From Candidatus Altimarinota bacterium (GTDB lineage Bacteria; Patescibacteriota; Gracilibacteria; UBA1369): a stretch of DNA of 64,000 bases. Positions within the stretch are counted from its first letter, which is position 1; the number at the start of each line of letters is the position of its first letter. Where the stretch lies: contig OY782391.1 in NCBI GenBank assembly GCA_963677745.1, forward strand, positions 128,001-192,000. Reading direction: 5' to 3'. This document shows, one piece after another, positions 12,229 to 23,057 of the stretch. The notes below the pieces were generated by a model. The model ran no database searches. It was given only the letters and a program-made list of their open reading frames with translations, and had not been told where the DNA came from. Position numbers and translations under genes: made by a program.

Positions 12229-13350
12229 ATGACATCCAAGGGAAGCAAAAATCTGGGACTATATATACACATTCCGTTCTGCCGGACACTTTGTGTTTAT
12301 TGTGCTTTCCCGACCTATGCCAATAAAACCTCCCGCATCGGGGATTACATAGACAGCCTCATCAACGAAATAACGGCTAAATCAAAGGATTTTGGCGAAT
12401 ACCAGGTTGATTCGATTTATTTCGGAGGCGGCACGCCCAGCCTTCTGGAAAGCGACCAGCTGGACAAGATCCTGGCCGCAGTCGGTGCCAACTTTAAGAC
12501 AGCTCCAGGTTGCGAAATCGGGTTGGAAGCCAATCCGGAAAGCCTTTCGTCGGAAAAGATCGGGCGGTACCGTGAAATGGGAATCACCCGTCTGTCTGTA
12601 GGCATACAAAGCCTGAAAGACCGCACGCTCTGGAAAATAGCCCGCCCTCACACAGCAATAAATGCCCTGCAAACATTGGAAACTCTTAATAACGCCGCCT
12701 GGAAGAATTTTGGCTGTGATCTGATCATCGGGCTCCCCTACCAGACCCTGGCCGGCTTCAAAAAAGATCTGCAAACGGTAATGCGTTACCAGCCGGCCCA
12801 TCTTTCGACCTACTTTTTGTCCTATGATACGCCCAAAATCGACACTTTTATCCAGGATATTCCGGGTGAAGACGAGCAGATCGCCATGTATGAATATGCA
12901 GACCGGTATCTGAATCAATTGGGATTCAACCATTACGAAGTCAGCAATTATGCCCGGCCCGGCTTTGAATGCCGGCATAATCTCAAATACTGGAACCGGG
13001 AGGAATATCTGGGCCTGGGACTGGGGGCACACAGCTTTATCGGCAATGAAGTAATGGAAAATCAGGACAATTTTGAAAAATACCTGGCCGATCCCCCATC
13101 CCCCCAGGAACAATTCAAACTGGAGGGAGATCTGGCCGCGGCTGACTATACTATGCTGGCTTTACGCAAATCAACCGGGATAAACCTTAACCGGTATTCA
13201 ACAAATTTCGGAGATCAGAAAACCTCAGAATTGCTTAAAAAAGCCGCACCCTATCTGAAAACAAAACATCTGTCGTTGTCAAAAGACCGTCTGGTGCCTA
13301 CTCTGAAAGGCTGGCTGATCCTGGACAAAATCACCAGGGATCTGATCTAA
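12229..13350 (+). CDS. hemW: Radical SAM heme chaperone HemW (HemN-like)
   Basis: LYIHIPFC-RTLC-VYC, SIYFGGGTPS, HYEVSNYA, HNLKYW, YLGLGLGAHS. Confidence 0.92.
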   Translation: MTSKGSKNLGLYIHIPFCRTLCVYCAFPTYANKTSRIGDYIDSLINEITAKSKDFGEYQVDSIYFGGGTPSLLESDQLDKILAAVGANFKTAPGCEIGLEANPESLSSEKIGRYREMGITRLSVGIQSLKDRTLWKIARPHTAINALQTLETLNNAAWKNFGCDLIIGLPYQTLAGFKKDLQTVMRYQPAHLSTYFLSYDTPKIDTFIQDIPGEDEQIAMYEYADRYLNQLGFNHYEVSNYARPGFECRHNLKYWNREEYLGLGLGAHSFIGNEVMENQDNFEKYLADPPSPQEQFKLEGDLAAADYTMLALRKSTGINLNRYSTNFGDQKTSELLKKAAPYLKTKHLSLSKDRLVPTLKGWLILDKITRDLI

Positions 13351-13366
13351 CCGCATTTACTCATAC

Positions 13367-14578
13367 TTAAAGTACATACAAGGATATCGGTCTAGTACGA
13401 AGAGTATACTTTTCACCAATAATGTCTGAAGTGAAACATAAATTAGTCCAAGACCTTTTATCATCCTTATAGTATCTACGATCAACACAAACATATGCAC
13501 AGGAATTCTCCGGATATGTTTTAGAATTAAACTCATTGGCAATCTTATAATAGCAATCACGCTTTTCCACCTCCGAGAAAGTTGTTGAATATCGGTGACC
13601 TAAACCATAGAATAATAGTTCTGCTAATGTCGGATACCTTGCCTCCCTGTTACTCACTTGAGCATCAATCGACAATTCAGCTTTTGGTTCTGTGATTTCA
13701 AATAAAAACTTAAGCTGGGCAATTCCCGCTTTTTCCAACATTTTAGCACTGCTAATATGAACTATATTAGAACCAGCATCAGAAGCAGAAACATAATTTG
13801 TTAACACATTTTCCCCAGCATTATTTTGATACCAATGTCTCCCAGAGCCCATAGGCTCCCGTAATGAAACATCCCAGGCTCCAATCATTTCCAGCAACAC
13901 CGCCCAAGTCGTAGCGTTTAAGTTATATTTCCTTAAATCCCCGGGATATGTTTCCACGATTACACCCTTCAGCCGGTCGCGATTTAAAGCATTAAGTAAA
14001 GCCTGTAAATTGCCATTGTAAGTGATTCTACCGGGATTTATTGCAAAATCTCTTCCATATGCCGGAATTCCTCTCAAAACGTTCTCGCATAAAGCGACAT
14101 ACATATCCAAGCCATTACCGGGTTGGATTTCTTTTCTTCGCGTTGTAATTCTTTCAAACCAACCAGGTTTCTTATTGATTTGCAAATCCTGCCATATTTT
14201 AAAAGATGCATCTGACAGGGGTAACGCAACTTCATGATACTGTAAAAACTTTCTTAGATCCGTATAGCCGATTCTTTGCTTCTGATCTGCTCTTTCCATT
14301 TTCCCATTACTCGAAAACCCGATCGCATTGCTACGATAATCCGGTTCTTCCTGATATTTGAATTTTTGAGTCAGACTTTCCAGTCTCAGTCTTACTGCAT
14401 CTATAGTTTCTTTTACTCTTTTTGTATCTGGCGTTGAATTATAAGCAGCACGAATATCGACAACACCAAAACCTCTATCCAAATTACTGAGACTTCTGTG
14501 AAAATCCTCCAATTTTTCCAAACCAGACTGCCCCCCCACCTGGACTTTATCGCCTGGAAGCTTAATAATTGCAGACAT
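13367..14578 (-). CDS. Hypothetical protein, paralogue A of a tandem orphan pair
   Basis: 403-aa AT-rich ORF sharing MSAIIK, PGWxxRIxTR, LDMxVxLxENVLRxxPAYGxDF and ARxPTxxELLFYG with 14753-15838. Confidence 0.8.
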   Translation of the reverse strand: MSAIIKLPGDKVQVGGQSGLEKLEDFHRSLSNLDRGFGVVDIRAAYNSTPDTKRVKETIDAVRLRLESLTQKFKYQEEPDYRSNAIGFSSNGKMERADQKQRIGYTDLRKFLQYHEVALPLSDASFKIWQDLQINKKPGWFERITTRRKEIQPGNGLDMYVALCENVLRGIPAYGRDFAINPGRITYNGNLQALLNALNRDRLKGVIVETYPGDLRKYNLNATTWAVLLEMIGAWDVSLREPMGSGRHWYQNNAGENVLTNYVSASDAGSNIVHISSAKMLEKAGIAQLKFLFEITEPKAELSIDAQVSNREARYPTLAELLFYGLGHRYSTTFSEVEKRDCYYKIANEFNSKTYPENSCAYVCVDRRYYKDDKRSWTNLCFTSDIIGEKYTLRTRPISLYVL

Positions 14579-14629
14579 AAAATACTTTAAAAGGTATCTT
14601 TTTACACTTTTACGTGACTTTTGTCAATT
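14562..14629. repeat. Direct repeat copy 1 of the promoter/5'UTR/start block (copy 2 at 15822-15889)
   Basis: Ungapped alignment at offset 1260; first 21 nt identical (ttaataattgcagacataaaa); minus-strand TTGACA and TGTAAAAA conserved while the spacer diverges. Confidence 0.85.
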
Positions 14630-14647
14630 TACCGGCAATCTATATAA

Positions 14648-14740
14648 ACTAAACATCTTATAATACAGAATAATAGACTCGCCCCGCCCCTCAAGGGATG
14701 GCTGATTTTGGACAAAATCACCAAGGATCTTCTAATCTAA
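14648..14740 (+). pseudogene. Relic duplicate of the hemW 3' end
   Basis: Translates TKHLIIQNNRLAPPLKGWLILDKITKDLLI*, versus HemW TKHLSLSKDRLVPTLKGWLILDKITRDLI*; 29/32 nt identical in the core (14699-14730 vs 13312-13343). Confidence 0.88.
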
Positions 14741-14752
14741 AAGCAAAAAAAT

Positions 14753-15838
14753 TTATACCACGACCAAGGGATCAGCAAGAGGACTATTATTATATTCACA
14801 GATAATTCTCTTGGGAAAAACATCATTACCATGGCGGAAGGAGATTTTGGATAACTGCCCATTAATACGATAAATACCAGGATTATTGATATTAGGATAA
14901 GGAGAACCTTTATGCAGAAATGGTAATTTTTTACATTTTCCCCTTCCCATTCCATAGAATAGCAATTCCCCCATAGTTGGCAATCTGGCCCCCCATTTTT
15001 TCATCTGGTCCTCAAAAGACCAATTAACTCTCTCTTGTTCAGTTTTTGGGCCTGGCAATTTAAATAAAAGTTTAATTTCGGGAGTACCACATCTTGTTTT
15101 TATGGCAGGCGAATCATTAATTCCTCCTTCATATGAATTCCACTCCAACTGTCTGGCCAACCAATGATCCACTTCATCATCCAAATCACCAACTGGTATG
15201 TTGCGTGGATAAACATCCACAATTACCCCAATACCTCTGGGGCCTGTTTTCAATAGAGCATACAAATTTTGTAAATTCCCAGTATAGACAAGCTTACTCC
15301 TATCAATTGAAAAATCATCGCCATAGGCCGGCAACTCTCGCAAAACATTTTCAGACAAATCCACAAACATATCCAAAAAATTCCCCTCAGGTATAAGACT
15401 TCCTCTGGTAAAAATTCTTTTATACCAGCCGGGGATCTTTTTCTTTTGTAATTTCCTCCATAATTTTAAAGATTTGTCCTCAACAGTGCAATTTGACTTA
15501 GATTCTTCAAACAAATCCTTTAAATCATTAAATGATATTGTGACTATCTCATTATTTTTTTCCAAACTCCTGCTTTCGTGTTTTTTCAAATCCTGATTAG
15601 CTGGTTTAACTAAAGCAATGGATCTATAATCCGAAGAGCTGTAAACTTCTTCAAGTTTATCTAAGGAGGAACGCAAATGCTGTCTGATCGATTGGACATT
15701 CCCATTTATACTATCCTTATCTTTAGCTGAGAGAAGCTCACTGCGAATAGCCTTTGGATCTATTAAACCTTCCAAAGCCCTGGCAACTTCCATTATTTTC
15801 TGTGAATCTGATCCACCAGATTTAATAATTGCAGACAT
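14753..15838 (-). CDS. Hypothetical protein, paralogue B of the tandem orphan pair
   Basis: 361-aa AT-rich ORF with the same conserved blocks as 13367-14578 and a divergent C-terminus. Confidence 0.8.
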   Translation of the reverse strand: MSAIIKSGGSDSQKIMEVARALEGLIDPKAIRSELLSAKDKDSINGNVQSIRQHLRSSLDKLEEVYSSSDYRSIALVKPANQDLKKHESRSLEKNNEIVTISFNDLKDLFEESKSNCTVEDKSLKLWRKLQKKKIPGWYKRIFTRGSLIPEGNFLDMFVDLSENVLRELPAYGDDFSIDRSKLVYTGNLQNLYALLKTGPRGIGVIVDVYPRNIPVGDLDDEVDHWLARQLEWNSYEGGINDSPAIKTRCGTPEIKLLFKLPGPKTEQERVNWSFEDQMKKWGARLPTMGELLFYGMGRGKCKKLPFLHKGSPYPNINNPGIYRINGQLSKISFRHGNDVFPKRIICEYNNSPLADPLVVV

Positions 15839-15889
15839 AAAACTCTTAAAAAGGTATATTTTTACACCTTCTTTGGCGTTTTGTCAATT
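15822..15889. repeat. Direct repeat copy 2 of the promoter/5'UTR/start block
   Basis: Collinear with 14562-14629. Confidence 0.85.
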
Positions 15890-15905
15890 CGCCAAAAATC
15901 CGACC

Positions 15906-15935
15906 AACAAAAAACCAACCCTTTATGGATTGGCC
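15906..15935 (-). terminator. Putative intrinsic terminator after tRNA-Ile
   Basis: Minus strand CCAATCC-ATAAA-GGGTTGG followed by TTTTTTGTT. Confidence 0.6.
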
Positions 15936-15946
15936 TTCATTTTCAA

Positions 15947-16023
15947 TGGTGGGCGATCGGGGACTTGAACCTCGGACCTCGTCATTATCAGTGACGCGCT
16001 CTAACCACCTGAGCTAATCGCCC
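15947..16023 (-). tRNA. tRNA-Ile(GAT)
   Basis: Arm CGTCA-CT-GAT-AA-TGACG; encoded CCA; one A:C mismatch in the T stem. Confidence 0.95.
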
Positions 16024-16041
16024 TAACTTCCGGATTTTCAA

Positions 16042-16117
16042 TGGTGGACTCTAGGAGATTCGAACTCCTGACCTCCTCGGTGCAAACGAGGCGCTCTACC
16101 AGCTGAGCTAAGAGCCC
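16042..16117 (-). tRNA. tRNA-Ala(TGC)
   Basis: Arm CCTCG-TT-TGC-AC-CGAGG; G3:U70; encoded CCA. Confidence 0.96.
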
Positions 16118-16156
16118 CAACCCGAACCAAATGCTTTGCATCGATTTGGCTCGCCC

Positions 16157-16184
16157 ATTATAAATACAGAATAAAAAATTGCAA
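16157..16184 (-). promoter_or_regulatory. Putative promoter for tRNA-Ala/tRNA-Ile
   Basis: Minus strand TTGCAA-N16-TATAAT, about 40 nt upstream of tRNA-Ala. Confidence 0.65.
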
Positions 16185-16203
16185 ACAGATTTTACCCAAT
16201 AAC

Positions 16204-16231
16204 AAAAAAACACCCTTTTAAGGGTGTTTTT
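16204..16231 (-). terminator. Intrinsic terminator downstream of 16S rRNA
   Basis: Minus strand AAAAACACCCT-TAAA-AGGGTGTTTTTTT, a hairpin followed by a U-tract. Confidence 0.75.
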
Positions 16232-16332
16232 CTAACATTCAGAATGCAGTAGAGAAAAGATGGAAAATAATTTGTCTAACTAAGTTAGATCGACCTTGCT
16301 CTGTCGCATAAATGCGACAGGCCAGTTCTCCT

Positions 16333-17832
<1,500 letters not shown>

Positions 17833-18034
17833 AAATTTTAGAGACAGTTTCCGAAGAAAAAGTCTCAAAAGTTCAAAAAGTGTGTAGCACTAATCTATAA
17901 ATAGATTGTGCAAGATTCCAACTCTTCTCTACTACACCCTAAATGTTAATGACCGGCATTGTGGCTTCCCCGAAAGATTTTTGGAGGCTTTAGGTGTAGC
18001 GATAAACGCCCCCTTCCCTCTTGGAAGCGTCGGC

Positions 18035-18063
18035 ATAATATATAAAGGATAATTCAATGTCAA
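18035..18063 (-). promoter_or_regulatory. Sigma-70-type promoter for 16S rRNA
   Basis: Minus strand TTGACA-N17-TATTAT; shares the 14-mer AGATTTTTCTTGAC with the 23S promoter. Confidence 0.8.
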
Positions 18064-18150
18064 GAAAAATCTCAGAGAATTTTTATGTTTTTGGATAAGG
18101 ACTAAAAGTGGTATAATAGAGCCAGAAAAACTAAAACATAAAGACCAAAT

Positions 18151-18780
18151 ATGTTACAAGACACATCGACTCAGGGTAAAGGACAAAGCGGAATCAGAGC
18201 GGATTCAATTTTAATTCCCACCGTCATCGAAAAAACCCATCAGGGTGAAAGAGCCTACGACATTTATTCGCGTCTTTTAAAAGACCGCATCATTATTCTT
18301 GGATCGGGAATCAACGACTCGGTGGCCAATACCATTATTGCCCAGCTGCTGTTTCTGCAGGCGGAAGATCCCAAGAAAGACATTACTATATATATACAGT
18401 CACCAGGCGGCAGCGTTTCGGCCGGACTGGCCATTTATGACACAATGCAGCATATCAAACCGGATATTTCCACAGTCTGTATGGGAATATGCGCCTCCTT
18501 CGGAGCCTTATTGCTGGCGGGCGGAACCAAAGGTAAAAGATATATTCTCCCGCATGCCGAAGTAATGATTCATCAGCCTCTGGGAGGCACGGAAGGCCAG
18601 GCCTCCGATATCATCCTGCATGCCAATCACATTACCAAGATTCGCGAAGTCCTGAATAAAATCCTGGCCAAGCATACCGGACAGAACCTTAAAACCATTG
18701 AAAAAGACACCGACCGCGACAATTTCATGAGTGCCGAAGAAGCCCTGAAATACGGCCTGGTGGATAAAATTATTGGCTAA
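18151..18780 (+). CDS. clpP: ATP-dependent Clp protease proteolytic subunit
   Basis: [28 protein letters not shown] (catalytic Ser), [16 protein letters not shown]. Confidence 0.97.
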   Translation: MLQDTSTQGKGQSGIRADSILIPTVIEKTHQGERAYDIYSRLLKDRIIILGSGINDSVANTIIAQLLFLQAEDPKKDITIYIQSPGGSVSAGLAIYDTMQHIKPDISTVCMGICASFGALLLAGGTKGKRYILPHAEVMIHQPLGGTEGQASDIILHANHITKIREVLNKILAKHTGQNLKTIEKDTDRDNFMSAEEALKYGLVDKIIG

Positions 18781-18792
18781 CCTCCGTTTCAC

Positions 18793-19389
18793 ATGTCGAA
18801 AAAATCACTGTCTTTTTTTATCATCGGTATTTCTTTACTTTTAAGCGGATGTTTTGCAGCCGACACAACAGGAGGAACCACCTCCGACGGTGGCTCCCAG
18901 GCTCCCGGTGAGAGTAAGACCTATTCCAGCAGTCAATTCAGTTTTCAGTTTCCCGGCAATTGGGACGTGATTGAACAAAAAGATTTTACCAGCGATATCC
19001 CCAGGGAAACCCAGGTGGTAATCCGCAACAATATCAAAAACGATACTTTCACCGCCAACATCAACATCGTCAAAAACGATCTGCAGACAACCAAAACCAG
19101 TCTGGATTACGCCAAAGAAGTCCTGAACCGCCAGAGAACGGGACTCCTGGATTACAAAGAAACCAAACGCGAAATCATCAATATTGGCATCGGATTACAA
19201 AGCCAGGAAACGTATTACACGGAATTTGAGGCCAGGTTGAACCAGACCGAACCGGTGACCAGATTTTTCCAGACTTACGGGGTCAAAGACCAGGCCGGCT
19301 ATATTATAATGGGAGCCAGTTCCCAACAGGAAAATTCAACCGTCATCGACCAGTTGATCAAGACAGTACAGTCCTTCAAGATAAATTAA
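18793..19389 (+). CDS. Lipoprotein, PsbP/DcrB-like fold
   Basis: Lipobox LLSGC; FSFQFPGNW and terminal VQSFKI typical of PsbP-like proteins. Confidence 0.65.
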   Translation: MSKKSLSFFIIGISLLLSGCFAADTTGGTTSDGGSQAPGESKTYSSSQFSFQFPGNWDVIEQKDFTSDIPRETQVVIRNNIKNDTFTANINIVKNDLQTTKTSLDYAKEVLNRQRTGLLDYKETKREIINIGIGLQSQETYYTEFEARLNQTEPVTRFFQTYGVKDQAGYIIMGASSQQENSTVIDQLIKTVQSFKIN

Positions 19390-19463
19390 ATTTGGGAAAG
19401 GAGAAGGCTGTGGATAGCCGGGGTACGTCGCTCCTTCCGTGTCGGGAGGGAGGATTTCGCAGT

Positions 19464-19760
19464 TCATGCAGGCTCACCTTGCTGGGCCGGAGTCGCGTCC
19501 TTGGGAGCGATCAGCCAGGCCAATGCCGCAAAAACCGCCGCAATCAACAAAGCGACAGCAAAGGCCAGCAAGAACATACCATTGTCTGATTCTTCCAGAC
19601 AGGACTGATACTCTTCGCCGGAAAGACCCAGCCCACCGCAGCCATTAAGCGCGGCAAGCATTCCGATGAGCATCGTACCTCCAAAGCCAATCAAGATGGC
19701 CAAGAAAGTACAAATCAGGGCAACCGCAGTTCTGATGATATTTACGATCAGCTTCAGCAT
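19464..19760 (-). CDS. Small orphan membrane protein with a Cys pair (98 aa)
   Basis: Strong SD (AAGGAGG) before ATG; hydrophobic helices flank the loop GCGGLGLSGEEYQSC; TTGACA promoter at ~19845-19872. Confidence 0.65.
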   Translation of the reverse strand: MLKLIVNIIRTAVALICTFLAILIGFGGTMLIGMLAALNGCGGLGLSGEEYQSCLEESDNGMFLLAFAVALLIAAVFAALAWLIAPKDATPAQQGEPA

Positions 19761-19978
19761 AACACAGCCTCCTTTTTATGAGAGCATCGTCGACAGACAA
19801 AGCACGGTTCGATACCGGCCTGACCTGATCGGACGAAGGTGTTATACTATAATATGTATAAGTATTTGTCAAGTTTCCTGTTAAATTTTTCAATAAGTTG
19901 CAATATAACTTGGCACAGCTTTACTTTTACCCGTCTCTGATGTAAAAATTTCTCACGGAAAAACTGCAACAAAATCGC

Positions 19979-20065
19979 GCTGGGATGGCGGAACTGGTAG
20001 ACGCGCGGGACTTAAAATCCCGTACTGGCAACAGTGTGAGGGTTCGATTCCCTCTCTCAGCACCA
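19979..20065 (+). tRNA. tRNA-Leu(TAA)
   Basis: Arm CGGGA-CT-TAA-AA-TCCCG; long variable arm; encoded CCA. Confidence 0.96.
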
Positions 20066-20212
20066 AATAGTTACGAGATTTACGGGTTACTGCGCAGGCC
20101 TAGCGAACCGCGTAGCCGAAGCAGAAACAAAATTTCGTACAAAATGGCAAACATACATGCTTTGACATTTTGATAGAAATTTTAGTAAATCCCAACTGTA
20201 ACACGAACTCCC

Positions 20213-21418
20213 ATGTACCCACGAATAGACCTCAAATCCGAACGCCGCAAACAGTTTCAGGGACATAAACACCCCTGGATTTTCAGCGGCGCAATCAAAA
20301 GCACCGATTCCGTAATTGAAGACGGGCAAATTGTTTCTGTCTTTATCGATAACCAGTTTTTGGCCCACGGATATTATAATTCCAAATCCCAGATCGCCAT
20401 TCGGGTACTGTCCTGGAATAAAGAAGAACAAATCGATCAAAATTTCTGGAAGCAAAAAATAGATGCAGCGCTGGAAATGCGAAAAGATTTCGTCTTATCC
20501 CCATCAACCACCGCCTGCCGCCTGATTTTCGCCGAATCCGATTTCCTGCCGGGTTTTGTCGTTGATAAATACAATCATTCGCTGATTGTCCAGATTCACA
20601 CCTTGGGCGCGGAAATGCTGAAACAAAATTTTATACAGGCTTTGCTGAACTCTTACGAAAAAATATTCGGGGAGACTCCCCTCTCCATCATGGAAATTTC
20701 TGATCTTCCTGCCAGAAAACACGAAGGCTTGCCTCAGGAAAACCGGGAAATTCTGTGGGGAAAACCGCTGGAAAATGAAACAATTTTGGAGAACGGCTGC
20801 CGTTTTGAGATTGATTTCCAACACGGTCAAAAAACCGGATTCTTTCTGGATCAACGGGATAACCGTCAAAGCCTGCTTAATTATGTAAAAAACAAAAAAG
20901 TACTGAATCTGTTCAGCTATACCGGTGGTTTTTCTATCTATGCCGGTCTGGCCGACGCCACTGCCATCACCTCCGTGGACATATCAGCAGCAGCAACTTC
21001 CCTGGCTACCAAAAATTTCGAATTAAACCAAATCACCTGTCCCCATACCGAAATAACCGACGATTGTTTTGAATATCTGGAAAAAAACGCACCGGGCTCT
21101 TTTGATGTCATTATTGTCGACCCGCCGGCCTTCATCAAGTCCCGCAACAATTTTCAGGAAGGACTGAAAGGTTACATTTCCATCAATTCCCTGGCCTTAG
21201 ACGTCTTGCCGAAAAACGGACTGCTGGTTACATCTTCCTGCTCCGCCGCCATGTCCGACGAGGACTTCCTGCGCATGCTCAACTGGGCAGCCGAAAACTC
21301 CCACTGCCAACTGCAGATCATCGAAAAAAAAGCCCAACCGGCCGATCATCCGTTAACCCCCTATTTCCCCGAAGGCGATTACCTCAAATTCGTAATTGCC
21401 CGCAAAGTCCGGATCTAA
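20213..21418 (+). CDS. rlmI: RlmI-family 23S rRNA m5C methyltransferase
   Basis: PUA-like HPWIFS, ESDFLPG, GQKTGFFLDQR, VLNLFSYTGGF, DPPAF, SSCS, EGDYLK. Confidence 0.9.
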   Translation: MYPRIDLKSERRKQFQGHKHPWIFSGAIKSTDSVIEDGQIVSVFIDNQFLAHGYYNSKSQIAIRVLSWNKEEQIDQNFWKQKIDAALEMRKDFVLSPSTTACRLIFAESDFLPGFVVDKYNHSLIVQIHTLGAEMLKQNFIQALLNSYEKIFGETPLSIMEISDLPARKHEGLPQENREILWGKPLENETILENGCRFEIDFQHGQKTGFFLDQRDNRQSLLNYVKNKKVLNLFSYTGGFSIYAGLADATAITSVDISAAATSLATKNFELNQITCPHTEITDDCFEYLEKNAPGSFDVIIVDPPAFIKSRNNFQEGLKGYISINSLALDVLPKNGLLVTSSCSAAMSDEDFLRMLNWAAENSHCQLQIIEKKAQPADHPLTPYFPEGDYLKFVIARKVRI

Positions 21419-22246
21419 TCATTTCTTCAACTTCTGACAAGTAACGCAGTAATATGTCCCGCGTCCCGCCACGCGTGTTTTTTGGATTAATGTGCCGCAC
21501 TGATAACAGGGATCACCCGTCCGCCCATAGATTTGCAGATATTTCTGATGTTTGCCGGCATCTCCTCTGGTTCCCACAAAATCCGAAATAGTCGTGCCGT
21601 TGTGTTTAACACCTTCCCTCAAACAGTAATTTATTGCTTCCTGCAACGCCGACACTTCTTTTTTGTTCAGTTTTTCTGTTCGGCTGGCCGGATGCAACCC
21701 TATCCTGAAACAAATCTCATCGGCATAGATATTCCCTATCCCCGCCACCACCGACTGATCCAGCAGACGATTCTTCAAAATCCCCTTTTTCTTCAGATAA
21801 AGCGATTCCATCAGCTTTAAATCCAAATTTTCATTTAACGGATCAATCCCCAGTCTGTAAAGACCGGTTTTCTGCTGATAGTCTTTTTTATGATAGAGCC
21901 AGATTCTGCCAAATCTCCGGACATCGGAAAAAAACATTTTTCGGGCATTGCTAAACGTAAACTCCACCCGGATAAATTTTTTCAACCGTTCTGACGGCGT
22001 AAACAGCAGCATGCCGGTCATTCGCAAATGCACGACCATCATCAGCCCGCCGCTCAATTCAAAAATCAAAAATTTGCCCTTCCTCCCGACATTTTTAATT
22101 ATCTTACCGGGCAACAGTTGTTCTAAAACATTCGCGGAAGGCAAAACCGCGGCTTTATCGATTATTCTGACCTTCCAGAATTTTTTGCCAAGCACCTGTT
22201 TTTCAACCTGGCGCCTGACTGTTTCCACTTCCGGTAATTCCGGCAT
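21419..22246 (-). CDS. mutM: Formamidopyrimidine-DNA glycosylase
   Basis: MPELPEVET, RKGK, HLRMTG, GIGNIYADE, C-terminal zinc finger. Confidence 0.97.
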   Translation of the reverse strand: MPELPEVETVRRQVEKQVLGKKFWKVRIIDKAAVLPSANVLEQLLPGKIIKNVGRKGKFLIFELSGGLMMVVHLRMTGMLLFTPSERLKKFIRVEFTFSNARKMFFSDVRRFGRIWLYHKKDYQQKTGLYRLGIDPLNENLDLKLMESLYLKKKGILKNRLLDQSVVAGIGNIYADEICFRIGLHPASRTEKLNKKEVSALQEAINYCLREGVKHNGTTISDFVGTRGDAGKHQKYLQIYGRTGDPCYQCGTLIQKTRVAGRGTYYCVTCQKLKK

Positions 22247-22261
22247 AAATAAAAGAAAAGA

Positions 22262-22834
22262 TTATTCCTCTTTCCTTCTAACATATTCGATGGCAATTTG
22301 CTCCTCTATTTCTTCCAGATCCGTTTCCATTTCCATTTCTTCCAGCTCATGATCTTCCTGTGCTTCCATTCCCAGTTGATTTTGAACCTTTTCCAGCATC
22401 TTTAAGATCTTGGTAATTTCCTTCTCCGCTCTAATATTGATGTTGAAATCAATCTCTTCCCTCATATCGGCAATTCTGGATTGTCGGTTCTGGGAGATCA
22501 AAACAATAATAGTCAGGAAAATGGCTTCCAACGAAACAATCATAGTCAGGAAGTTGTGGGGATAAGGGTCAAATTTTGGCAACCAGGGAATCAGTTCCGA
22601 GTTCCAGAGTATCCAGACAATGTACCAGACCAGATTAAGTGTTAAAAAAAACACCGTACCGAATTTCTCAGTCATAGCATCAGCAAACAGATCATACCAT
22701 TTGCGGTTATTGTTATAGCGGGACCTGAAAGTTCTGATTACCTGTCGATGCGTTTTCCAGGCCTGTTGTGCAGGATCTGCATCCGGATTACTTCCGTCCG
22801 CTCTCCCCGTCTGATTTATATTGTCTGAAGCCAT
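22262..22834 (-). CDS. DUF1003-family membrane protein
   Basis: FDPYP, SLEAIFL..IVLISQNRQ motifs. Confidence 0.88.
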   Translation of the reverse strand: MASDNINQTGRADGSNPDADPAQQAWKTHRQVIRTFRSRYNNNRKWYDLFADAMTEKFGTVFFLTLNLVWYIVWILWNSELIPWLPKFDPYPHNFLTMIVSLEAIFLTIIVLISQNRQSRIADMREEIDFNINIRAEKEITKILKMLEKVQNQLGMEAQEDHELEEMEMETDLEEIEEQIAIEYVRRKEE

Positions 22835-22981
22835 AAATTAGTATTTAACTATTCTCATTATTATAACATTAAACACGAAGCAAGTCTACAAGACCACTGA
22901 GGTATATTTAAAGAAATATAGCTAAAACAACACAAAAAAAACAGAAACACTTAAATTTCATGCTAAATTATCTTAATATTT

Positions 22982-23057
22982 TGGTGGGCCTGCCCGGGAT
23001 CGAACCGGGGACCATCTCCTTAAGAGGGAGCCGCTCTACCAGCTGAGCTACAGACCC
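22982..23057 (-). tRNA. tRNA-Lys(CTT)
   Basis: Arm CTCC-CT-CTT-AA-GGAG; encoded CCA. Confidence 0.95.

Noticed and set aside
13367-15838. Active diversity-generating retroelement in this window
   Set aside because: No reverse transcriptase and no TR/VR pair differing only at adenines was seen here.
15957-15975. tRNA-Ile as a pseudogene because of a T-stem A:C mismatch
   Set aside because: A single mismatch is tolerated in many tRNAs, and all other arms and the CCA end are intact.
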